DNA of 64,000 nucleotides, taken from positions 1 through 64,000 of the IMG/VR virus record IMGVR_UViG_3300036860_000514; one strand, 5' to 3'. This document shows, in pieces, positions 19,029 to 28,157 of the stretch. This DNA is from a virus. A model generated the notes under the pieces. That model was not told the origin of the DNA and made no database searches. It saw only the letters and a program-made list of their open reading frames with translations. A program made the translations under genes and the position numbers. Each line of letters begins with the position of its first letter. The stretch's first letter is position 1.

Positions 19029-19700
19029 TCAGGCTCGAATGTTGTCGAGATTCCCGAAGGCGCGAAGCATCGCCCCACACGTGCACTGAATCTGGAGCGG
19101 AAACTCGCCGTTCGGCTGCTTCTCGACGTCTTCCTGGTAGTACCGTTCGCCGCAGCCTTTCTTGTTCTCGACCTCGACGATGTTCTTGTCCTTGTCCATG
19201 ACGCGGATGTTGCGCTCTTTGCTGCAGCCCCAGGACCAGCGAATATCGGCGCCAAACTCTTTGCCACCGTAGGTGCGAATGACCTCGATGTACTCCCGGT
19301 TGCTCTTCGGCTTGCTCCGTTTGGGGTCGAAGGCGGCGATCACGTAGTCGAGATCCGAGTGCAGGCCGAGTGAGCCCTGTCGTCCCCTCGGGCGCTCGTT
19401 GTTATTCAGCCGCGTCTGGAACGGGTTGTTGTTTTCCTTCCCACCCGGGCTCTGCACGATCAGGAGCGGATGGTTCTGATCCAGGATCATCTGAACTCGT
19501 TCCTTCGCGGGTTGCCCATTCGCGGCCGCAAAGGTCAGCACGTCCCAGACCGTCGTGAGATCCCCGGGGAGTCGAAACCGGTACGCGCCGGGCTGCGGCG
19601 GCGGGGCGACGCTCCCAAAGCTCGGGAGATCGTCGAGCGGTTGACCGGCGGTTGGGAGGGGCTCGTCCTTGAGTTGCAGATCGTTCAATGACTTCGGCAT
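19029..19700 (-). CDS. hypothetical protein, possibly an ssDNA-binding partner of the AAA_24 ATPase
   Basis: Strong RBS; PG.YRF pattern; directly downstream of the Sak4-like ATPase, a usual SSB position (inference); C-terminal Cys cluster. Confidence 0.45.
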   Translation of the reverse strand: MPKSLNDLQLKDEPLPTAGQPLDDLPSFGSVAPPPQPGAYRFRLPGDLTTVWDVLTFAAANGQPAKERVQMILDQNHPLLIVQSPGGKENNNPFQTRLNNNERPRGRQGSLGLHSDLDYVIAAFDPKRSKPKSNREYIEVIRTYGGKEFGADIRWSWGCSKERNIRVMDKDKNIVEVENKKGCGERYYQEDVEKQPNGEFPLQIQCTCGAMLRAFGNLDNIRA

Positions 19701-19726
19701 AACCTTCTCTCCTCTTCAGCAGACAG

Positions 19727-21115
19727 TTAGGCCCCCGGGGCTCGTTGCGGAGGTTTCGGGCCGGGCGGGGGTGGCGCCGACACCCCCGTCCCTGGCGGGG
19801 TGGCGACTGGCGTCGCATCCGGAGCGGCGGCGGCGCGCGCCCGTCGACGGGGTTGGGGAATCGGCGTATCCGGAGCGACAGGCGTGGTGGGCGTCTGGAG
19901 ACTCACGCTGACGAGCGTCTCGGCATACCCCATTGAATGTGGTCGCGGCACGACGGGCTGTGGAGCCTCGACCGTGACGGCCTCGCCGTAGTTCGCGAGG
20001 GCCGGAGCCGGCAAGGGCTGTGTGGCGCCCTGCTGATCGGCTTCGAGGCTGCGGCGCAGATCCTCGTCGAGCAGCTTGTAGACGGAGCCGAGATGCACGT
20101 TCGTGTTGGGGCGGTTCTCCTCCTCGGGTGGATCGATGATGACGGAGGGGACGGCGCCGGGCGAAGCGGAGCTTTTGAGCAGATGACGCCGGTTTTGGGC
20201 GTCGGTGAACGGCCGGAGGTACAACGCGAAATGCGTCTTGCCCTCGGTGTCGAGCACTTTGGCCGCTTCCATGACGTTACCGAACCACGTGCTCGCTTGA
20301 TTGGTCGCGGCCCGGCCCGGCAGTTCCAGCCCGACGATCGGCAAGCCTTCCTCGCTCGCCTCCATCGTCAGGCCCGTGAAGATCGGGCCCTCGACGAGGT
20401 AGGGAATCGCCAGGCTATTCCGGACCAGTTGATCGGCGCGGGTCTGCGCAAAATAGACGTCCGCCCGGTTGTTGCCCCCGAAACTCATCGCCCCGGACTT
20501 CACGACGCCGCCGAAGGCGGGTTTCTCCCCACCAATCAGGCCTGCGCCGCGTTGACGATCCATCTCGTGCAGGACATCGGTAGACATGGACGAGAGCGAG
20601 TCGAACGCCACGCCGCCGACGAGTTCGAAGCCTTTCGTCCGCAGCACGGTTTCCTTCACCTGGAGATCGCTCGGCGTCATCATCTGTTTGCAGTCCGTGC
20701 AGTAGGTCGGGACGATCATCGAGGGCGTCGGCACGGTCTGGAGAGGATGGCCCGTCGGACACGACAGTTCGTACTTCGTTGTGACCGGGGGGACCATCTG
20801 CACCGCCGGATCGGTCTCGCCAGTCTCCGGATTAATCCGTCGCGGCCAATAGCCTTTGGTCGCCAGGTAGAGCGTCTCGATCGCGAGGCCTTCCGCGGAG
20901 CGCGTGCGCGCGCGCCAGAACCGGATCAGGCCTTGTCGCATGCGCCGCTGGACGATGGTGGGGATCGCCCCCCCATCCCAGCAATAGAGCAGGAGAATCC
21001 GCTGGTGGACTTCCCAGAGGTATTCAGCGGCTGTCGCGAGCAGCGATGATTTGCCGGAGCCGCTGATCCCGATGATCAACGTGGCGGTAAAGAGACGACG
21101 CAGCGTGTCAGACAT
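19727..21115 (-). CDS. AAA_24/Sak4-like P-loop ATPase (recombinase-like)
   Basis: Walker A GISGSGKS, Walker B VAFDSLS; inserted CxxxH..CxxC; Pro-rich tail. Confidence 0.78.
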   Translation of the reverse strand: MSDTLRRLFTATLIIGISGSGKSSLLATAAEYLWEVHQRILLLYCWDGGAIPTIVQRRMRQGLIRFWRARTRSAEGLAIETLYLATKGYWPRRINPETGETDPAVQMVPPVTTKYELSCPTGHPLQTVPTPSMIVPTYCTDCKQMMTPSDLQVKETVLRTKGFELVGGVAFDSLSSMSTDVLHEMDRQRGAGLIGGEKPAFGGVVKSGAMSFGGNNRADVYFAQTRADQLVRNSLAIPYLVEGPIFTGLTMEASEEGLPIVGLELPGRAATNQASTWFGNVMEAAKVLDTEGKTHFALYLRPFTDAQNRRHLLKSSASPGAVPSVIIDPPEEENRPNTNVHLGSVYKLLDEDLRRSLEADQQGATQPLPAPALANYGEAVTVEAPQPVVPRPHSMGYAETLVSVSLQTPTTPVAPDTPIPQPRRRARAAAAPDATPVATPPGTGVSAPPPPGPKPPQRAPGA

Positions 21116-21130
21116 ATAGGTGTCGTGCTT

Positions 21131-21616
21131 TCACTCGGCGAGTTCCTGGAGTTCCGCGATGAGGGCAAGCAGCGCCTCTGATTGGATCGCCTCCGCCTCG
21201 CCGTCCCGATCGACGATCTCGTCAGTGACTGTCTGGAGCTTGACAATGACGCGCACCAGCACGGCGTGCGGGACGATCACCACGCGTGCCTCGCTCGCGG
21301 CGGGCCTCTGCTCCACAGCCCGCTGTGCTTCAGCCCACGCCGCCATCCATGCCTCGCTCAGGAACTGACGCAGCTTGCCCCACTCAGGCGGGTGACTCGC
21401 CATCCACCGATCGAAGGCCTCGGTGCGATCGTCGTCGACGGGCGTGATCCGGACACGCTGTGGTGGCTGGACTCCGACATGCCGCGGTTTCGCGCCTCCG
21501 CTCCCGCAGGTGGTGCAGCCGTCTGAGAGCGGTCCCGTGTTGTCGGTGCCACAGCGTGGGCACTTCCAGAGCAACATCGGACCCAGGCCCGGCCCGTCAT
21601 AGTGCCGTTCCGCCAT
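21131..21616 (-). CDS. zinc-ribbon hypothetical protein
   Basis: WKCPRC...CTTC. Confidence 0.55.
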   Translation of the reverse strand: MAERHYDGPGLGPMLLWKCPRCGTDNTGPLSDGCTTCGSGGAKPRHVGVQPPQRVRITPVDDDRTEAFDRWMASHPPEWGKLRQFLSEAWMAAWAEAQRAVEQRPAASEARVVIVPHAVLVRVIVKLQTVTDEIVDRDGEAEAIQSEALLALIAELQELAE

Positions 21617-21633
21617 TGCCGTAACCTACCCGT

Positions 21634-21843
21634 TCAGAGATCCGCGGTGTCCGCCGTGCGCAGGTACTCGTCGAGCGTCGCGCTCGAGAATCGATGTTTC
21701 CGCACCCCGAGGGTCGGGAGCGTCGGGATCGGAAAGCGTCCGTCCGCGAGGAGCTTCTCGCCCGTCCGTTTCGAGATCCGCAACCGCTGGCAGACTTCCG
21801 CCAGCGTGAGGACCTCAACCAGTGTCGTTCTGTGCGCCGTCAT
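21634..21843 (-). CDS. Excisionase-like HTH protein
   Basis: VLTLAEVC..L.IS..T...L...G.FP winged-HTH pattern. Confidence 0.75.
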   Translation of the reverse strand: MTAHRTTLVEVLTLAEVCQRLRISKRTGEKLLADGRFPIPTLPTLGVRKHRFSSATLDEYLRTADTADL

Positions 21844-22091
21844 GACGTGATGCGTGTTTCGGCAGAGGCTCGCCGTCGCCGCTTCGGTCGGGCGTTCTTC
21901 GTCTCGCGGTCGGCGAACTTTGCCAGAAAGAGTCGGATTTTGTGCAAGGTGCGGTCGTACGGTTTGCGGCGGCGATTGTTGAGCAGGCGTTGTAGGGTGG
22001 CCCCCCGAATGCCGATCCGCTTGCCGAGCTTTTCGTACGACAGGTTCTCGTCCAGCCGGATTCGATTCAGTTCGACGAGTTCTGGTAGCAC
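21840..22091 (-). CDS. Cro-like XRE HTH regulator
   Basis: R....LSYEKLG..IGI...TLQRLLN; GTG start with GAGGG RBS; first gene after the leftward promoter. Confidence 0.78.
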   Translation of the reverse strand: MLPELVELNRIRLDENLSYEKLGKRIGIRGATLQRLLNNRRRKPYDRTLHKIRLFLAKFADRETKNARPKRRRRASAETRITS

Positions 22092-22137
22092 CGGTATGCC
22101 CTCACTGCGTCTCCGTGTATGACAGACCGTTGAGCGC

Positions 22138-22166
22138 ATCGTAGAGAGGCAGTACTATCATGTCAA
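22138..22166 (-). promoter_or_regulatory. sigma70-type promoter of the leftward lytic operon
   Basis: Minus strand reads TTGACA-17 nt-TACGAT. Confidence 0.8.
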
Positions 22167-22178
22167 GCACAAAATGCA

Positions 22179-22658
22179 ATGGCAGTGCAGGCGGTAACAG
22201 TGGTAATGTATGGTCTCGTGGCGACAGAGTTCCAAACACTCCTCCGGAGCGCGTCCGCGCATTACGACACACAACAAGATCTCGCTGATGCTCTGGGGAT
22301 CAGCGTGGCGAGACTCAACCGTGCGCTGAATAAGGGCGACTATCCCCTGAGCGCGCAGAACTGTTTGCGCCTCGCCCTGGTCGCGGGTCAACCCGCGTCC
22401 GTAATTCTGCGCGCGGCCGGGAAAACCGATCTCGCCGATCTGATCGAGCGGCTCTATGGCCGATCCGATCTCACACCCATGCAGCGCGAGGTGTTGGAGG
22501 AGTGGGCCCTACTGCCCCCCGAGGTGCAGACAGTGGTGCTGCAACTAATGCGCGTGGGCAATGCAGCCCGGCGGCGAAGCGGAGGAGCGTCAAGACCGCA
22601 GCCTGCGCCTCACGTGGAGCCCACGCCAGCAGCACGGCGGCGTCGGCGCGCAGGCTAG
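22179..22658 (+). CDS. CI-like XRE HTH repressor (start may be 22209)
   Basis: TQQDLADALGISVARLNR HTH; divergent from the cro-like gene; no peptidase domain. Confidence 0.78.
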   Translation: MAVQAVTVVMYGLVATEFQTLLRSASAHYDTQQDLADALGISVARLNRALNKGDYPLSAQNCLRLALVAGQPASVILRAAGKTDLADLIERLYGRSDLTPMQREVLEEWALLPPEVQTVVLQLMRVGNAARRRSGGASRPQPAPHVEPTPAARRRRRAG

Positions 22659-22928
22659 CGTGCACACACGGATGGACCAGTAGGCGCGCTCCTGATGTGC
22701 GTCTGGGGGTACACGACGTCATTCGAGCCCTCCGAACAAAAAGACCGCTAGGGAGGGGGAGCTGGGATCCGGAAGTGTAATCGAGGAAACCTGGGTGGCA
22801 ATCGACCAAAGATCGGCGAGGATACGGGTCATTGACGAGACATGGACGGACTGAACTGTATAGAACGGATCGGAATCAGACGCGACCGACACAGATTTGT
22901 GTGCAAGACGTACGCGAGGGATCACACG

Positions 22929-23129
22929 ATGTCGTTGACACACCGCGGCAGACTCACCCTGCAACAGAACGCCGCGCACGCGCGGCAAGCAAAGAAAGAT
23001 AAAGCGGCCGCACGCTGGCAACAGCAGATGGCGTGGGCGAAGCGCGGAGCCGCCGAGCGCGTGGTCGAGATTCACTTTGAGCTCCAACGACTTGAGCAGT
23101 TCCTCACCGATGGGGATCGTGAATCGTGA
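22929..23129 (+). CDS. hypothetical protein upstream of integrase
   Basis: GAGGG RBS; stop overlaps the integrase GTG start. Confidence 0.5.
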   Translation: MSLTHRGRLTLQQNAAHARQAKKDKAAARWQQQMAWAKRGAAERVVEIHFELQRLEQFLTDGDRES

Positions 23130-24175
23130 AGGATCTGACGATAGGCGTCTACGATACGCCCACGCGTCGGCGGGCGATCGTCGATCTTGGGAGGGCTGGG
23201 CGGAAGGAGAAACGCTTTCCGCTCACGACCGATCTCCGCACGATCCAACGCTGGCGCCACGTCACGACGGTCAAGCTCGAGACGCGCGCGCGCCGCCGAT
23301 CGCCAGGACCGAGGGGCTGGCTCGCCACGCTCATCAATCAGTATCTGGCGCGGCCCGAGATCCGCAAGCTGGCGTCGTGGAAGTCGCGCTGTTCTGATGC
23401 CCGGGCGTGGCTGCCGGCGCTCGGATCGCTGCGTAGCGATCGGATCACCGACGAGGTGATCGAGGCCGAGGTCCAGGCGTGGCTCGCGGCGGGCGTGGCG
23501 CGCTGGACGATTCGCCATCGCTTGACGGCGCTGCGCAAGGTGCTCGACGATGGGACGGGGTACAACCCGGCCCGCGACGTGAAGCCGCCGGCGAAGCCAC
23601 AAACGATCCCGCGCGCGCTCGACTACGCGACGATCCGCACGACGTTCAATCAAATGGAGCCGTCTGCGACCAAAGGCTTTCTCTTGATCATGGCGTTCTG
23701 CGGCTTCCGCCCGTGTGAGATTCTCCGCACCGAGCGGCGGATGGTGCGCCTCGACAGCCACGCGCCCTATGCCATCCGGCCAACCGCCAAGGGCGGAGAC
23801 ATCGTCACCCTGCCGCTCTCGGCGGAGGGCGTGCTCGGCTGGCAGATGTTTCTCGATCACGACGGCTTCGGTCTGCAAGCCAACCAGAGACCCAGGACCT
23901 TCTGCAACGCGAATCGCGATTGGCAGGCGGCGATGACTCGTGCCGGCTTCGAGCCGACCCGCGCCTACGATCTCGTGCACTCCTACTGCACACAGCTCCT
24001 GTGGGGCGGCTACGACATCACGCTCGTGCAGAAGGCCCGCGGGCACCGCGACATCCGCACGACGATGATCTACACGAAGGTGGCGATCGACCCGCGCCTC
24101 GCGCATGCCGTGCACCAGGCGTTCGACGCTCGCACGCCTCCACTGGTACTCACTAGTACAGTACACAGGACGTGA
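23126..24175 (+). CDS. int: Tyrosine recombinase/integrase
   Basis: GFRPCEI, K(GG), YDLVHS in place of HxLRHS, GHRDIRTTMIY; adjacent to attP. Confidence 0.88.
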   Translation: MKDLTIGVYDTPTRRRAIVDLGRAGRKEKRFPLTTDLRTIQRWRHVTTVKLETRARRRSPGPRGWLATLINQYLARPEIRKLASWKSRCSDARAWLPALGSLRSDRITDEVIEAEVQAWLAAGVARWTIRHRLTALRKVLDDGTGYNPARDVKPPAKPQTIPRALDYATIRTTFNQMEPSATKGFLLIMAFCGFRPCEILRTERRMVRLDSHAPYAIRPTAKGGDIVTLPLSAEGVLGWQMFLDHDGFGLQANQRPRTFCNANRDWQAAMTRAGFEPTRAYDLVHSYCTQLLWGGYDITLVQKARGHRDIRTTMIYTKVAIDPRLAHAVHQAFDARTPPLVLTSTVHRT

Positions 24176-24178
24176 TCG

Positions 24179-24412
24179 ATGACCGTGGTGTGGAGCTATC
24201 GTGAACAGGGAGCGCCGATCATGATCCGACAGGAAATCGTCGATGGACTCTCGACACTCATCGCGCGGCTCGTCAACGAGTTGCCCGCACAGCCGCCATT
24301 TGAGGAGCACGAGTGGATGTATGTGAAAGGGATCGCCTCTGGGGAGCTCCTCCGGCTGCGTGATCGGCTCGCGCAGATCTCGGATCTGGGAACGGTCTCG
24401 AACCCGCGGTGA
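24179..24412 (+). CDS. hypothetical protein between int and attP
   Basis: AGGA RBS and ATG. Confidence 0.4.
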   Translation: MTVVWSYREQGAPIMIRQEIVDGLSTLIARLVNELPAQPPFEEHEWMYVKGIASGELLRLRDRLAQISDLGTVSNPR

Positions 24413-24428
24413 TCGCCACAACAGCCCT

Positions 24429-24676
24429 GACGACCTTGGCGGGCGATCTTGGCACCCCCGGCAAACATTCGGAAAACCCCCGGATAAGTTGGCCTCCGGA
24501 GCCAAAGGCCGCAGGTTCGAATCCTGCCGGGCGCGCCAATGAAAATGGGCCTGATCTGAGGAAAACCGGCCCTCCGCTCCCACCCACTTACGCATTCAGT
24601 AACTCGCAAATCTCCGAATAAAATCGTAGGGTTCCGCGCCAGCCACGAGGACGACCTTGGTGGCCTGATCTTGGCA
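24429..24676 (+). repeat. Direct repeats flanking the attP core (putative arm-type sites)
   Basis: GACGACCTTGGcgggcGATCTTGGCA (24429-24454) and GACGACCTTGGtggcctGATCTTGGCA (24650-24676). Confidence 0.7.
24488..24538 (+). mobile_element. attP core: 3' half of tRNA-Arg(CCG)
   Basis: TTGGC-CTCCGGA-GCCAA anticodon arm, GCAGGTTCGAATCCTGC T-arm, ends CGGGCGCGCCA. The 5' acceptor strand and D-arm are absent. Lies about 300 bp after int. Confidence 0.88.
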
Positions 24677-24679
24677 GGC

Positions 24680-24955
24680 TCACTCCCCGACCTCCGTCGG
24701 CGTGGGGCCTGGCAGCGCCGGCGTGGTGGCTTGTCGACGTTTGCGGATCGGACTCGTGGTGGTAACGCTGGCAGGCGGCGTATGCTCGCGAGCGGTCTGC
24801 CCGTTGCCGGCGCGCGGCGCCGCAACGGGGCCTCGCGTCGATCGCCGACGGATGATCTCGCTGGCGACCTCGAGCCCCAGACGCGCGACCTCGATCGGCG
24901 CGGTCTCGAAGTACTGCATGACGGCGGAAATGGGGTCACGAACTTTGCGTGGCAT
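24680..24955 (-). CDS. hypothetical basic protein
   Basis: GAGGAG RBS before MPRKVRD. Confidence 0.5.
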   Translation of the reverse strand: MPRKVRDPISAVMQYFETAPIEVARLGLEVASEIIRRRSTRGPVAAPRAGNGQTAREHTPPASVTTTSPIRKRRQATTPALPGPTPTEVGE

Positions 24956-24959
24956 CGGA

Positions 24960-26354
24960 CTACTCCTCCTCGATCTCGGCGGCCTGTTCGGGCAGGAGGC
25001 CGCGGCTGATCGCTTGGGTGGTCTCGGGTCGGTGGTGCGGGAGGCGCGGCTGATAGCGCCCGGAGCCGATCGGATCCTCCCAGCCGGCCTCACGGAGACA
25101 GATCCGCACCATCTCGCACTCGTGCTCTTTGCCATAGGGGCGACAGTTCCAGCTTTGCGGGACGAGCTCGTCGAGCTTCTGCTGGAACTCGGGGGAGGCC
25201 CAGGAAAATTTTTGCTGGTACTCGTAGAGCTCCCAGAGGATAGTCTGCCAACGAAGCTCTTCGCTGAGCATGGATCGTCGGAGGCTCTGAATCTGCAGGT
25301 CCTGTCGATTCAAGGGGCCGAGCACGAAACAGATCTTGTCGAGGACCGAGGGTGGGAGCTGGCGGACCCAGAACTCATCGGCGTCGAGGGTGGGGTCCGA
25401 GCCGCGATAGGCTCGCCAGACGCCCCAGTCCGATCCCTCCAGCTCCCACACCCCGCGACGCCGGTGGGCCTTACTGGCGTATTGCTCCACCCCAGCGGCA
25501 TCGATCCATTTGTAGGCCGGCTTCCAGTCGTCCTTCGCCTGCGGCGGGTTCCCGGGTCGGCAGTAGCCGTAGCAGAGCGAGGTCTGCTGCCGCTTCATGC
25601 CCTCAAGCGGTGTGCCGATCATCTCCTTGCGATCGTCTTTCTTCCGCGCGCCTTTGGAGAGGCCGACGATGTAGAGCTCGCTGCACTCGTGGCCGTACCG
25701 CTTCTCCAGATCGAGTGTGCCGAGCCCGAGCTGCGGTTTGGTCTCCCACTGCTCCGCCCAGTTGTCAGAGTCCCAGCCTGTTGTTTTGAACTCAAAGTAA
25801 GCAAGATGCTTCGCCTGGCGATGCTGAGCTAGGGCGTCGGTCCGGAGCATCAGCGCGTGGCCGGCGCAGTCGCGGCGGATGTGCTCGTCATCGTTGAGGG
25901 GACCGGCGCCGCAGGTGCAATCGAGGAAGTGCAGACGCTCACGTTCGACCTCCAGGATCTTGTACGCCTGGTGCAGCCAGGGAAGGAAGTGCACCGTCGC
26001 CGCCCACGCGAGGCCCCCGATCAGGACGGACTGCTCGCGGATGGTCTCCTCGATGATTGGCGAGCTGAGGATCGCGCGGAACCCACGACTAGTGAGCCGG
26101 GCTTCGTAGTGGTCGCGGACCTCGCGGATGATCGCGCGGACTTCCGACGCAGTCGGCAACCGGTCGTGCACGCGGAGGATGTCGAGCAGCGCGCCCATAA
26201 TGATGTGGGTGTACGTACCCGTGGAGAGGGGTACGGATTCGCCCCGTCCCGCATAGCCGTACCCAGAGGGGCCGGCGTGGTAGCGGAGGTACCGCGCCCG
26301 CGGACAGCGCCCCGTACCAGTTTCGTAGCGGCTGCGATCGGTCAGCCAGATCAT
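24960..26354 (-). CDS. PD-(D/E)XK exonuclease (Cas4/RecB-like)
   Basis: CPR..YL.Y, GT..H, RTD...EFKT, Q, and C-terminal C-x8-C-x5-C cluster. Confidence 0.8.
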   Translation of the reverse strand: MIWLTDRSRYETGTGRCPRARYLRYHAGPSGYGYAGRGESVPLSTGTYTHIIMGALLDILRVHDRLPTASEVRAIIREVRDHYEARLTSRGFRAILSSPIIEETIREQSVLIGGLAWAATVHFLPWLHQAYKILEVERERLHFLDCTCGAGPLNDDEHIRRDCAGHALMLRTDALAQHRQAKHLAYFEFKTTGWDSDNWAEQWETKPQLGLGTLDLEKRYGHECSELYIVGLSKGARKKDDRKEMIGTPLEGMKRQQTSLCYGYCRPGNPPQAKDDWKPAYKWIDAAGVEQYASKAHRRRGVWELEGSDWGVWRAYRGSDPTLDADEFWVRQLPPSVLDKICFVLGPLNRQDLQIQSLRRSMLSEELRWQTILWELYEYQQKFSWASPEFQQKLDELVPQSWNCRPYGKEHECEMVRICLREAGWEDPIGSGRYQPRLPHHRPETTQAISRGLLPEQAAEIEEE

Positions 26355-26653
26355 GACGTCTCCCGCGGCAGCCCCGCCGCCAGTCGATCGCGTACCACTT
26401 CGATCCCATCCCGGCTCGCAATCCAGAAGAACGTCGTGAGCGCCTCTCGGAGGGCTCGGACTTCGTCGAGGGTCGGCATCTCGATCACCCAGGACAAGCC
26501 CGGCCACGGCTGGTAGCTCGCCTGCGTGGGCCGTTTCTCGGCCTTACGCAGGAGCGCCGGCTGTATCCGGACGCGGACCGGTTGGCCAATTCGCGACATC
26601 ATGATGTCGAGAATCGGTGAGTCATCTGGGTTAATTGCGGAGGTTACACGCAT
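26351..26653 (-). CDS. hypothetical protein
   Basis: Stop overlaps the exonuclease start. Confidence 0.55.
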   Translation of the reverse strand: MRVTSAINPDDSPILDIMMSRIGQPVRVRIQPALLRKAEKRPTQASYQPWPGLSWVIEMPTLDEVRALREALTTFFWIASRDGIEVVRDRLAAGLPRETS

Positions 26654-26947
26654 AACGGTTGATCAGGCTAGATCAAATGAGACAAAAGTATCAAGACCGA
26701 AAGTTCAACGTAGGTATGACAGCACTGTCAGTCGTGTACACGGGCGTGGCAGAGCGCCGTATCTTGCGGTTGCAGCGCACGACGAGAGGCGATACAACGA
26801 ATCGGTTGGTTTCGGGGGGAGTACTCGGGGGCACCGCTTAGAAGGCGGCACCCCCGCATTTGGAGAGAAGGGGTGACAGAACCGAACGATAAACCGCTCG
26901 GAAGGTTGGCGAGACCTAACGAGCCCCTACCTTTGAGGAGGTAGACG

Positions 26948-27895
26948 ATGACAAGCGTAAGCCCAGCCTCGTCCGGAAGTCAAGTCTCCTACCCTGACCC
27001 CATTCCCGGCGTCATTCCCTTCGGCACGGTCAATCTCCTCGCGGGCGCCTCCGGCGCAGGGAAGACGTCGCTGCTGGTCGAGTGGTGCCGAGCCTGGCAG
27101 CAGGGCGGGATGATCTTCGGCAAGCCGGTCAGCCACCTGTCGCGGATCGCGTACCTCTCCGCGGATCGTGTCTGGCAGAAAGATCATCAGATCTGGTTCG
27201 ACCGAGCAGGCCTGCCACCCATTCAGCATTACGCGCTCGCGAACGATGACGCGATCCCGTCGACCTTGTGGACGCAGGACAAGGCGCTCGACCTCTTTCA
27301 GCACTGCCTTGCCCAGCTCAGCCCAGACCCCGGATCGTTGCTCATCGTCGATCCGATGACGCCGCTCTTCATCGCCGGCGATCAAAATCTACCGCGACCC
27401 GTCGCCCGCACGCTCCTGGAGTTCTCGCATACCTGCCAGCGGCGGAGCCTCACGATCATCGCGATCGCGTACGTGGGCAAACAGCGGTCAAACGGATCGG
27501 ACCGGTACACACGCCTGGTGGATCGGATCGCCGGCTCGGGTGTGTTCGCCGGCTATAGTCATACGCAGATGTACCTGTTCGAACCGGAACGGCGGCAACC
27601 GTACTATCTCTTCGGGTGGCGCCCCCGTCACGCCAAAGAGGAACAGTACCGGTTACAGCGGAATGAGCAGACCGGACTCTTCGAACCGTACGAACCGGCC
27701 AAAGACGACCGCCTCTTAAAGTTCCTGGACCTCTTCCCCAAAGACGGGCTGATTATCACCTACGACGAGCTGGTCGACCAGGCGAAGACCATCCCGATGT
27801 CCGCGGCGACCGTGAAGCGCATCCTGCCTCTCCTCGTCGATTCCGGCGACATCGAGAAGGTGAAGCGGGGACATTATCGCCGGCCCATCCATTGA
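26948..27895 (+). CDS. AAA_25/RepA-like RecA-fold ATPase (putative helicase/initiator) with C-terminal winged helix
   Basis: GAGGAGG RBS, GASGAGKT, LLIVDP, IAGSG; C-terminal MSAATVKRIL..LV..G.IEK..RG.Y. Confidence 0.8.
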   Translation: MTSVSPASSGSQVSYPDPIPGVIPFGTVNLLAGASGAGKTSLLVEWCRAWQQGGMIFGKPVSHLSRIAYLSADRVWQKDHQIWFDRAGLPPIQHYALANDDAIPSTLWTQDKALDLFQHCLAQLSPDPGSLLIVDPMTPLFIAGDQNLPRPVARTLLEFSHTCQRRSLTIIAIAYVGKQRSNGSDRYTRLVDRIAGSGVFAGYSHTQMYLFEPERRQPYYLFGWRPRHAKEEQYRLQRNEQTGLFEPYEPAKDDRLLKFLDLFPKDGLIITYDELVDQAKTIPMSAATVKRILPLLVDSGDIEKVKRGHYRRPIH

Positions 27896-28157
27896 AAGTT
27901 TGGCTCACGCGGCGGGGGCCTCTGAGCCCCCCCCCCCTCTAACACAGAGTGGGGGGCGTGAGCCTTACTAGTAAGTACGTACAGATTAAATTAGTTAGCT
28001 AGGCTCAGAGCCTTGAGCCTAAGAGCGTAAGCTCACGGAGCCCAGCGATCATGAGTGAGCCTAAGCCTAGCCTGAGCCTTTCGTAACTCACTGAGCGGGC
28101 TGTCTTTAGACTAATAAGCTCAGTACTTGATTCTCTCTGTACGTGATACGGATCGAC
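27896..28157. repeat. Putative replication origin: TGAGCC repeats, AT-rich core, palindromes
   Basis: TGAGCC at 27923, 27959, 28014, 28056, 28073; GGCTCA at 27902, 28002; palindrome CTTACTAGTAAG at 27964-27975; C-run/G-run hairpin. Confidence 0.6.

Noticed and set aside
22853-22866. LexA box upstream of the int operon (GAAC-TGTATA-GAAC)
   Set aside because: The N6 spacing does not match the GAAC-N7-GAAC or GAAC-N4-GTTC boxes I know; single weak instance.
24460-24538. Complete tRNA-Arg gene
   Set aside because: The 5' acceptor strand and D-arm are missing; the fragment is better explained as the attP core.
24960-26354. CRISPR-Cas system suggested by the Cas4-like nuclease
   Set aside because: No repeat-spacer array or other cas genes were seen; such nucleases are common phage recombination exonucleases.
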